A stretch of DNA of 64,000 nucleotides from Catajapyx aquilonaris (Eukaryota). The notes under the pieces were generated by a model. That model did no database searches. It was not told where the DNA came from and was given only the letters and a program-made list of their open reading frames with translations. The translations under genes were made by a program, and so were the position numbers. Positions 23,901 through 35,900 of this stretch are shown here, piece by piece (within the stretch, counting starts at the first letter, position 1; each line of letters opens with the position of its first letter). The stretch is from NCBI GenBank assembly GCA_000934665.2, contig KZ538047.1:1-64000 (forward strand), given 5' to 3'.

Positions 23901-26900
23901 AAATATTTAAGCAATCAGTTAGATGGCCTGAACTTACAGAGAACTCATGTCGCTATACAACTGGATGTGCATTAGTAGGTCATGCATAGTCCCATAGCTA
24001 ATAATGTAATAATGTAATGTAATAATGTAATCTTATAATTATTATACTGTACGAGTACATCTTAACCCTGTAATGCCACTAATCTAAGTAATGCCCACTG
24101 GGTCATATCTGGCACACCATTTAGTGCAATTTTTGCAACTTTTGCAATTTTTATATTTTCTGTAAGTGTGCCAAATTGCACTAAATGGTGTGCCAGATAT
24201 GACCCAAGGGGCATTACAGGGTTAATAAGCAGTAGACGTAATCGTACGACCATGCAGATATATTAACATGTAAGCCCATATACGTACTGTCCGCATGAAG
24301 ATATCCGCATAATCTTATAAGTAGGCCTACTGCGGCATGATTAATAATTAACGTACAGGTGCATTACGGCTCATGTCTAATAGGATGGAAAATTATAGTT
24401 GTTATTGTTTTACTTCCATACAAAAGAAAACTCAATATCGGTGTTAATAATTTTCCGCTTTCTGAGTCCGTTTAATGATCTGCAAACAAGGAACGTTTTC
24501 AACATCATTAGCAAGGCTTGGATTGGCATGCGTGTATAGTTTCTCTTTGAGTAATGCCGGGTATTGTAGGCAATTTGTACCACTTTGATGAGGCGCAGAG
24601 CAAAAGCTAGCAGTGACAATTCACTAAAAAGAATCAACTCAGAATAGCTTACAAGTTAGTCCCAGGTGGAATGAAAAATATTTTATTATGTAATTCTACA
24701 GAGCAAAGGTCCTATAATATAGCGAACATACTGCGTCGCAATAGCGTAGGCCATCAATTATTTCTTTCCATTTGGCAGATATATAAATATGCACACTGTT
24801 CATACAGCAAGTACAGTACATTTCCTCTCAAGCATCTGCATTATCTTATTAAATAAACAAAACCAGGTCAAACGTCATTTCGTTTAAACTTGGAGAGCAC
24901 GACCGGTGCTTCTATAGGCGCCATGTACTCTATAATTTAACGCGGTGCTGACCGTCGATCATCCTCGCACACAATCCGGATGATTGAAATTGATTTTGAT
25001 CACGCAATTCCTAGAAAATATTTAAACATATCCTTGCACTTCCTGATTGCCTTCGTGCATTTCGTCACAGACACGCGATATTTTGTATACGCAAAGTTTT
25101 GTATTACGACAACATCAACGCTGCAGAATATTAATTTATCAATAATATTTTATTCATTTGTGTGAATACGAAACCTTTCACAACAACATTTACGGCGTTA
25201 TGATCGTGAAAGAACTTCTTTTATCACCCTGTTATTTATCCAAGCACAAGAGTGAAGGTCACAATATTATTAGTTTTTTCTCGCGCTTTGATTCTTCGCA
25301 AGCAGTCAACATCTTTGGGTTCGGAAAAATCGATCGAGCAGAAAATTCAACTTTGGTAGAGAGAGGCTGGGCATAATGAAATTTTTGCTCTTGTTCCATC
25401 AGGTTGGGATGTCTCTAACTAGCCGAGAATATGCTAACGTTAAATGCATCTCTAGGCTGAAAAACAGAGCTGGGTCTACAAAATACATTTCCTATAGACC
25501 TTAATTTCTAATCCTCAGTTGATGATTATGCTACTGCAATGGAAGAAAAATATTAAGCTTCCGTGCTGCAAGGCATTGCCAAAATAACCCGACCTCAGCC
25601 GGTAGCGTCCATTAATTTACTCTCATTATTGTCTCATTATTATTTTTTCCATCCTCCCACATAATCATAAGCGCTTATACCCCCGAATCGAGTTGTCGGT
25701 TTCGACCAGATCCTCTTTGATATACCCCGCAAAAGGCTTATTCCCATCGCTAAATGTGACAGCCCATGCCCCATGCCTCATTTATCCTGCTTGCAAAATG
25801 CGCGGCTTACTATCACTAGTCCTTTTTTTTCCTCTTAAATGCTTCAGGTCGCACTCAGGTATTCTTACGTTGGGAAGGACTTGGAAAGCATTTGCATGGA
25901 CTGAAATATTTATCTCTCCGAGTCCTAGTTGCAAGCCCAGCACACCCACCCCGACATCTTCTTCTGCAGATCCCCCAGCCCAAAATTTCGCCTAAAGGCA
26001 CAATTTACGCCTCCGTTGTCCCACTCTGCATTCGATATTCTGCCAAGCAGTAAACTTTGTGAGTTATGCACTAATATAGTGCACACTCTGAAACCTCCTT
26101 GGGCGCACTAATTACCTGCACTGGGACCCCCATTTCCTCAAACGAAGGTATATATATTTCTACCTCCTCTAGGCCAAAGTATAGTTGAAGCTTCAGCCTA
26201 ATGCGAATAAAGCGAGTCAGTGGCTCATATTGACGGGATTCGATTCCCATTTCACAGCCAAACAGATTTGCTCGCAGCACAAATAAGCGGTTAGATCCTG
26301 CTGCTTTTTCCATGCAAATATTGGCTCTCAGAGACTGGAAGCAATGGCAGGCAGATTCTACAGACTGAAGAATGCATATTAATTAGCTCATTAGTTAATT
26401 GAATGCGGGTTGTATTTTGTGATATATGCAGTGCACACTTTATATCATCAATAAATTGTTACACTTGTACTCGCAACCAAATGAATTATTTCATAAATAC
26501 ATGTGTCACAAATTATTCATAGAGTATAATTATTGAAACGGCCACAGTGCAAATATTGGGTGTTGACGTCACCCCATATTTTTAGCTAACAACAAAAACT
26601 CAAAATTAATATTGACCAAATGCATATTATTTTTTAAGGGGGGGGGGACGAGGGAATGACCATAATGATGCCACGCAATCAGCCGCAATACAGGCTCATT
26701 ACACGGTGTGCCTGTTAATAGCTATTAACTGTTATTGTTACATGCTGCGTGTATATTCACAGTTGAAGGTATTTGTACTGATGTTTTTGGTGAGTGTTGT
26801 ACGACATCCCGGTCAATCCAACTGGCCCGACCAACAGCAAGCAACGCACGTCTCCGGAGTGCCAATGCTCCGTAACGAACTAGACCTGTGACTGTCCAGC

Positions 26901-29900
26901 AGAGAGTTCCATTACCATGAAATGCCTTCCTCTAAACAAGCAGGCCTCTCTTCTCAGAACCAAGGATTCACCTAATTAGCGCCTGCTAATTCGACTGTCT
27001 TCCGTCCAGGTCTCCAGCAGGATATATATGTGAAGCACAGCACAGCACAGGACCAAATCTCTAATACTGTTTCCCCCACTAGCACGTGTCTGCTTGGCTA
27101 TAGAAGCACCGAGAGCAAGTGCAGGTGATCATGGGCGATTTACAGGCCCAGGTCAGGAGAAAAGCCATTGCACCGAACGCAAATTAGGGTTTGGCTCCTT
27201 CAAAGAGAGCTTGTAAATTATTCCAGTCCGATTCGGATGAAGTTAATGTCTGGAGCGCCACCAGTGAAAGAATCCATACACACGCCTGAAGTAAAAGCCC
27301 GAAGCTCCTGACAAGGAAAGGGGAAAAATGGGCAGCCATAAAATAAAATAATGCCCACACAACAATGCGGATTTTATGGCAGCGAGATTTCCGCGCGGAT
27401 TTATCGCGCTCTGCAGTCTACCGAACCGGGAAAGATTTTTCTTGCTCAACTTGTATCGTTGAATGCTTTTGCTTTATATATAGGACTAGGAGGAGGAGGA
27501 GGAAGAAACCTGACCTTTCTTCAGGCCCTGTCGAGTAAAGTTCTCGGGGTGTGCTCGGATGAAAAAAAAGAGGCCTATACTCTAATAGAATGGGACTGAA
27601 AACTTTCAAAACACTTTGAGGGTGAAAAACTGATATGCGAATAAAAAGAGGGGGCCGCTCTCTCAATTTCAATGCGCAGGGAAGGTATAGAAAAATCTGC
27701 GGTACTGTAACATTTTGCAAAACTGCAAAACTGATCGGAGATTCTGGCATATTTTAAAGCTTTTACTGAGCAATGAATAATTTTGTGCAGCAATGGCTTT
27801 GTACATTATTAATATGCTGCTTTTAAGTAAACAAAAAAATCTAAACAATAATGTGCAGTGTGTGCTGAGTAAGCATGCGCATCATTCCTGGAAAATCCTA
27901 TTTGAGTTCAGCTGCACTCAATAATTTGTCGCCGGTTTATAAACCAAGGATCAAAATAATAGCATCTGATTATCGTGATATCCTTATCCTAATTTATATG
28001 GCGGACTGTGCCGGAAGATTTACGTGAGTAATTTCAGCTCTAATTCCCATTCAGTTGATGCTTTGTAAAATGTCAGTGCTCGTATTTGTCAAACCCTATA
28101 CTTTTGGCCATTTGGTCTGATCAAGTGATCGGTGTATACCTGGCCTATTTTTAAAGAGGCTATGGTTGGTTTTCAGGATCAATGTTCCACGTAGTTTTTA
28201 TTTTATCGGTAAGTACGCTTACATTTTTTCCAGAGAGAAACCCCAATACTTGGAGAGTCCTCAGCCGCGAAAATAAAACCCTTAACAGCTTCTGCCAGTT
28301 ACATTCGATCCTGTCAAGTTGGAGAAGCAGTTACTGAACTTCGCAAAAATTTAAAAATGTGTGACGGTCGCTAATTTCTTTGTTATTATTGTAGTAATTG
28401 TGTTTTAAACAAACAAACCATGACATTTCCCTATAAACTATGTTGTAATCAGTGATGCAGCCGGACTCAATTCAAATAATAGAAAGTATAGGCTAATATG
28501 ACATAAATAAATGACCAAGAAGTACTATAAATGATTTAGTGTGATCAAAATAGTCACATTGGAATGATTTGGAGATATGACGGCATATAGTTTGAATGTT
28601 TCATGTTCCTTTATGGGATACGTTTTTCGCTGAATATTTTTTTTGTAGAAAATTGTATAATTGATGACATGAAACGATTAGAGTGAAACTAGTGTGATTA
28701 GAATGAAGTTTTAAAATTACATTTTCCCTCATGGTATCTCTCTTTTTTAAACATTTTAAGGAGGCCTGTAATAATTGATCCTTGTAACAAATGACCTGAT
28801 CATGAAAAAGTACGAGTCAAAGACCCATATTAATCAATGTCTAACTCAATTTCTACAAAAATGCGACTCCTCATGCATCTCAAAAGTCTTCAATGGTATA
28901 TTACTTGGCTAGTACAGTTCCTCATCTTGCAGTGATATGTAGTGTTTCTCACGTTGTCTGAATCACACCATCACCACCACAACAAAGACTTACAGTACTT
29001 GTGCATTCATGAGTAATTTAGGCATCTTAATTTTATGACGTAGCTTGCCATACAGACACCTTGGACTGTAATTAAACCAGTTGGGTATATTTCGTCTGTG
29101 ACTGTTGTGGCCCTCTTTCTCAGTTTCTGCTCGTGTTACACCGCCTTTTACAACCGTGAGAGTGAGTCGCCATGGCTGGAGATCACACGATAAATAATGA
29201 ATGGCTCTTGTCTGTGTGTATATGCACAGCATCCCCCCCCATATATCGTATACAGTACCTTCTCTCTGTGCCCAGTCGAATAGCGAGGGCACCCTGGCAG
29301 CCAGAGAAGAGAAGCAATCCTCGAAACGAGCGGTTCCATCCACTCCCACTGTCTCCAGATTGCCCTTCACTCCGCACATCAGGGCCGTCGCACACGCCGA
29401 CGAATCACCCACTTGAGCGTCGTTGTTATAAGTCTGAAAAGCAGATATCGGATGCGATGTCAAGAGGCCATCCAAAAATGCAGAATGCATAAGCTATGTG
29501 GTCTATATGTTTCGCGCAGAACATGTCAACATATATTAGCATTGCATATTAAAATAAACGCAGTGTAATCCACATTTTAATAATTGACAATGCTTATATA
29601 ATGTTGCTTCATTGTTGTCGGGCATGTGCACCGTGCAATATGTAACCCAGGCCGAAACTGGTTGTGACAGGAACACCCATGTTCTTTTCGGTATCATATA
29701 ATGAAGCCCATGGTAACAGGTACTGGTTTTCTGCAGTACAGCAAACAATGCTGCTTGGTTCACTTTGTAAATTTTGCGGGGGAGCCTGCTTTAAAAAAAA
29801 ATTACTTGTGCTTCATTCATCACTGGTTTCCCACAGATTGCCACTGTTGACTTTCACGTAATAATTAAAGGCTCGGATTTGCCTTAAACCAAGTCGCATG

Positions 29901-32900
29901 CTCTGCTTGCACATATATATAAGCTATGAGATATTACGCAGTGCAGCAGTTTGCTAGTGGCTTCGCTCATTCACCCAAAATGCTTCGCTGATGTGAGCTC
30001 AAGTATAATCCTGCAGTTCCATCAGCAGCGCTCATTGTTAGTAACATGATGTGATGTACTACTGGTCCAAAATTGGAAGCTGTCATAAATATTGCTCACA
30101 ATAAAGCAAGTGATTGCTGCAATAACGAAGCAACAGTCATAACTTTAAAAACGTAAAGGCCACTCTTTACTAACTGTTTTCTAGCAGACTTGTGTAAATT
30201 CGCGAAAATTGTGCGGGATGTTGCAAAATCAACCCCCCTCCCCCCAGGTTAATGCTGTTAATAAAATCGATAAAGAGCCTAGCATTTTCCGACGACCTTC
30301 CTTTTGACAGCATCTCGAAAAGGAGGCGCAGAGTTGCGATGCATCCAGAAATTAATTATGGGAGCTAAGTGGTACAAATTAATGCGAAACTTCCGCACCT
30401 GCTCATTAGCACCGGTGACAGTCAGAAAACGGTTTCTTGTTTCACGCCTTAACAGCTCGGGCCTCTTCTTGCACGTATTTTCTCGCCCAAAAAAGTGAGC
30501 AGATTAGCGCCTGATGAGCAAACCGAGTTTGTGCACAATGTATATACACCTAGTGGCTGGACATTACAATTGATTTATATGCAGCCCCTCTGCATCCATA
30601 TGTTAAGGTTAAATTGGTAGAGTTGGTGCAATGAGTAAACCACAAACGTCCAGGGAGTGTGTGTTTACTGTTTGCTCAGATAGTTTCATGAATATCATTT
30701 CACGCCAGACTAGACAACAACTTCGCATATTATTTCAATGTACTGTTGATTCATTATGCATTTAGTTTCTGGAGCATGAGAAGCAGAACTTTACATGCTA
30801 TTGGAGACGGACTTGTAGTGCATACAGAGCAGCTCCAGGTCCTCGTTAGATAATACGATGCCTAGATCCATGGTGAACCAACTCAAGCACAAGCTCTCAT
30901 AGTAATGATAGTATGTCCATCCGAGCAGCATAGCCCTGTCCCCCTTTTGTGATAATGATCTAGCTGCACAATGTCCATCCAACTAGAGTGGTTATAACCG
31001 CAAGGCAAAGCTCCTCAAAGGACAGCAACTAGAGGAGGGCCTTACTTTGGCCAAGGCTAAGAAAGGGAACTTCTCAAAGGCTAGCTGGTGCTCCTCTCCT
31101 GGGCTGCCTTCCTTCTGTCCCCGTAGGATCCGGGCAGCAGTCACTGTCGAGATCCCCATACCGTCACCCACAAACAGGATCACGTTTCTGGCCACGCTCG
31201 TGTGCCAAGGCTGACCAACCATGCGCTCCAGGGTGCTTCGGGCTGCCGCATACCAGTGGTCTCGGTCTGTGGAAAAAAAAAGACATTGAGCAGGTGAAAC
31301 AATAAAGAGTTTGCTTTATTTGATATAGTCTTTTTTACGTCAGGACAGGTATCACGTTTCGGATCATTATCAGCACAAGATAATTAGGTTCTGTGCTTTG
31401 TGGCTGGGAATTTCGGGTCCCGGAAGTGGCTGAGTGGTGTCAGGACATGAATCCAGGGTTCATGCTAACTGGAACATACAAGAGTAATTGCTGTCATATC
31501 CTGAGGGACACACACGCCGTGATCTGAATAACACAGGCCGTCGGTTTATCCGAACATACGCACGCTTTGGGATTGCCTATCATCATATAACAGTGTGACA
31601 ATCACATGGGATTGTATGGTGTCTGAATACCTAACAGTTCACTATTTTTTTTACATACGTTCCATCTCACTGTCAGTACACAGGAGGTTTCCGAGTCAAT
31701 GATGTTGCCAAGTCTATATAGGATGAGCTTTTGTGCAATCCCCGTGAGAGGAGAAGTAGTGTGCTATCCTTGGACTCGAGGCAACTACTGTAGCAGTCCC
31801 ACCCCCCTTTTGCAGGGATATAATCGGCTCTGCAAGACCAAGAGGAAACCTTTCCCGGATTATCTTAGCCTTGTCATGATTCTCCGGAGGCGCAGACTTC
31901 ATGTTGCCTGAAATCTGAAAGCACTCTGGGAGCTCTCTCTCTTGCCTCTTTTCAGACACCTCAATCAGGCAATCATGAATATTCGCAACCCCATTTCTAA
32001 CTTTATATCTACACATTCTTCGAAGAAAGTCATGCTGTCAACCGGGGGTTCCTATAGACTCTGCTACTATAACAGTTTTATTCCGAAGTCTAAAGTACCG
32101 CGAACTCGCCATAGTTCCACCCGGATAACGCAATGAAGTTAGCTCCAACCCCACTTCCGTGTTCATATTTCATGCATAATGGGCTGTGCTAAATACTGTG
32201 CAGGACTTTCGTGTACTGCTTGTCAATTCATTTCAGGTTGTTTTCAGGGAGAATTTCCAACTCTGCGCAAAACCTCATTATCCTTGGACCTCGTGGTGTA
32301 TACAGTTTAGCCTCATTATTTTGTGGAATTGTAATTTTGTATGTAAAAATATGCGCAGCCCTATAGGCTATAAGTTAGTTGTTTAGACCTCATTCGTAAT
32401 TATAAATTATCACAATATGAAATTGACAACTGGATACATCGCGTTGTTGTCCATTTCTGTGAATAACACCCATTGTTTTTAACGATTTCGTTTCAAGTGG
32501 CTTATGCACATTTGACTTAAACTTAGATGAAGACAAATATATGAAAAACAGTGCAGTTGCATCTTACTCAATTTTGACCAAAATGTGACTCTGATTGTTT
32601 GGTGTTTCCGATAGTAAAATCCATAAGAATTGTACAATTTTCAGAATTGGTGAAAATGTGCTTACCTGCAAAAGCTTGCAGAGGAAAAAGTCTATTGATG
32701 CTATTGTACCTTCAAGTAGATTTAGGGACACGCAGCCAAGCAAGCCTCCATAAGCCGGAACAAAGTGTGCTATCTAATCCCACTCGAACAAGACTTTCTC
32801 TCGGGGATTCGATTCACTCCGCCTTCTTCCGACATAGCAATTTTTATACCTTCAACAATATCTTCAAAATTGAATAATTATTGTCACCTTCCCTTTCATG

Positions 32901-35900
32901 GGTTTGTCCACTCATTTGGTGTCATTAGTGTCCTCATCCGTCTCGTACGAGTCGCATTTTAGGCTCAAGACCAAAGGGATTTAATTTACTCGATATGTAT
33001 ACTATAGAAGGACCCATGGAACAATCAGTAGAGAAGGTTCCCCTTTAAGCTGATTAAAACAGTTGGCCCCCTCCAGTACCCAGCAGTGTTTACTCGAACT
33101 CAGCTCAGACTTTGTTCTGGGGATGGGCCTCTGGAGAAACCCTGAGCGTTTAACAATGCGCTCCATTTTGCATTACCAACAGCAACGTGCTCATTTTTCT
33201 CAAATGGCAGAACCCTCCAGAATAATTTATGCTCCCGTTCAAACGTAGAAAAAAAAACCGGGGACACAACGGACTGCATCGGATTGTGATGCAGGAAATG
33301 CCTTCCCAAAAAAAAACTCGAATGTCCAAGTCTTTTCAGCCAGCAAAAAGAAGTAAAAAAAAAAAGGAGCAAAGAAAGGTGGAACCACTTGCTGCTTGAA
33401 TTGAAATGGGAAGGACTTGACTTGGATGCTCCGGAGAATTTGTGTCTACACAATCACGCCAAGAGGTACATAAAAGCGTTACCCGGGCAAAAGACATTCG
33501 GAGGGGGCCATTGGCTGCAAGCGACAAAGGAAGGTTATAGAGCCATTTGTGTACTTGAACTGCTTGACTATACGGTATAGAACACTTTCCAGACAGCCAT
33601 AATTGGTTAATTCCTGGGAAATAACCTCTTTGTAGAGGGGAAGGTAGAGTAGATAAGCGCACTTGAAAACCGGCAAAGTCAACAGCAGCCAGGGATTACA
33701 CGGAAAATTATAAGTGATAATGCTTTTTCAGCGGGTTTTTCGGGGGGCTCGTTATGAGACCACACAGATTTTCAGAGAGAACGCTCAGTTTCAACGTAAT
33801 CTGAGTTGCAGATGAAATTTTTTTGGGGGGAGCTGCCATGTGCTGATATTCTCTTTTCATCATCATCGTGCAAATGCAGGGATACATGGTTTAAAATATG
33901 TAAGTCCATCGGGTTAGTTCAGTTTTTCGTGGTAATACCATACACGGCTAGGGATTTACATGCTACAAATTAGTCGACGACTGAATTTGTTTTTTTTTTT
34001 TTAAAACGAGTACATGCTGCAGCTAAAAGCCAATGAACTTGTTCATTACTCTGCGACATTAATCTCGTTTGCTATTCATTATGGGTTACTCTGTTCGTAT
34101 TACGTTTTTTTTCTCTCGCTATTGTCATCGCATCTGCTGATGTACCGAATGCATTGCATCTATTAAGAGTGGATGATTTTATTTGTAATTTTAGTTCTGA
34201 CTATAAGTGGATGAATTTTTGTGAATATGAAGAGATAGTCATTTTTTGCAGACAACGCTGAGTCTTGTGAAATCGAATTTTTTGTCCTATTTTACCTGCT
34301 GATAAACGTAGATGGCCCTCGTTCACTGCAGCACAGTTCTCCAATGACTGATGGTGTTGCCAGTTGTTGGCGGACAAAGTGGGCTCTTTGAAGTTGACAC
34401 ACTCTTTTTTAGGAACGTGGAGAGATTTCCTAAAAATGTATACAGGAAATTGATACTCAGAGACAGGATGTGGGACAACACACGCTTAGTTTATCTGAGA
34501 AGTCAGCTAGATTTTCAAGAGACGTATACCAAAAATGTAAGTACGTATGTAATTCATTGCAACAATTGCATTGAAAAAAAGTAGCACCCAATATTTTCAG
34601 ACGAACCAATCTTGGAGTGTTTTCCGTTCTTTGTCAATACAACCCAAACTGACATTAAGCACTCCAGAAATTCGGTCACGTGCTTTTGGCTGTTTCCAGC
34701 AGCGTTGCGTCAGCAGAAATTAAGCCATTTCATTTTCCTTATCTTGGGAACTGCATGATATAGTCTCGGCATATTTTAAATAGCTCCGCCTCGTCGAATG
34801 AAAGAGGCAACGAGATTCTTATTAATTGCAGGAAAACCCAGTTTCCAAACCAGACTTCTTAGCATTTCTGTGGCTGTGAGCTGTGACTATATATCCCAAA
34901 ATGAAACCCGCCTCACAGAGTAATTTCAGCACTGATAGAACGACAAGGAAGACCTGCTAAATCAGTCTATATTAAAATGTGAAGCCTAATTTGTAATCCA
35001 AGAGCACTGAAGCTATCTGTTAGGAAATGAAACGAGGCAGAATGTGTGTTTTAGTATATATCAGAGTTAGAGCCTTTTGGTGTAAGGTTCGTTGAATGTA
35101 AACCCTGTACATTAACAGCGATAAGAAGCACGGTCAACGTTTTAGAGAAACATCTCAACGGGCCCGCTTTAAAGAAGTAATCAGAGAAACTCTTGGAACG
35201 CTTCAAGTTACTGTAGCCCGAGGCAAATACGGAATACAAATCCAGTGCAATAGGGGGGCCATCAATATGAAACGAGGCTGCCAAGCCAATAAAACGCTAT
35301 AGGGTAAGAACTCTCAATTGAAGAAGAAAAAAAAACCGAGAGAGCCTGGGATGACTTGAGAAATTTTTTTGAACTTCGACTTACCGTATCGCTCATTGTA
35401 CTCTAATTGGAATTGGAAGGTTTGCCATTAGTTACACAATGGTATTATCTCCAAATCCTTGGATGAACTTGTGCTTTTATTGTGGTTAATTCAGAACTGA
35501 CAGAATTTCAATGGTACTGATTAGTACTGTATTGTACGTTTCAAGAGAATGCGAATAATTAATGGTATGCGCATTGCATCTATATACACGTAAAGTCCGT
35601 AATTGAAAACTAGGTTTCGAATAGGATAATCGCAATGCCAATATTATCAACTCTTTTTTTCAATTATGGCATTATCCGCAGGATAAACCAATAAGAATTT
35701 AGACCACAGCCGACGGTTGTGTCAGTGAATGATTGGCGATATTGGAAGTTTCAGCCTTGAATAACGAATGACAGCTATTAGTACTGTAACGCAATGAATT
35801 AAAAGTTTCACTGAATATCCCATTATTTTCATATTGCATTATCCCTAGATTATTGATTTAACATTTTTTTTTCGTACCCTGCGTAAGTCCCTGAAGTAAT

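Noticed and set aside
32666..32760. Alternative ALP first or extra exon ending at a minus-strand GCAG|GTAAG
   Set aside because: In the frame needed for exon 2 there is a nearby upstream TGA, no ATG and no signal peptide.
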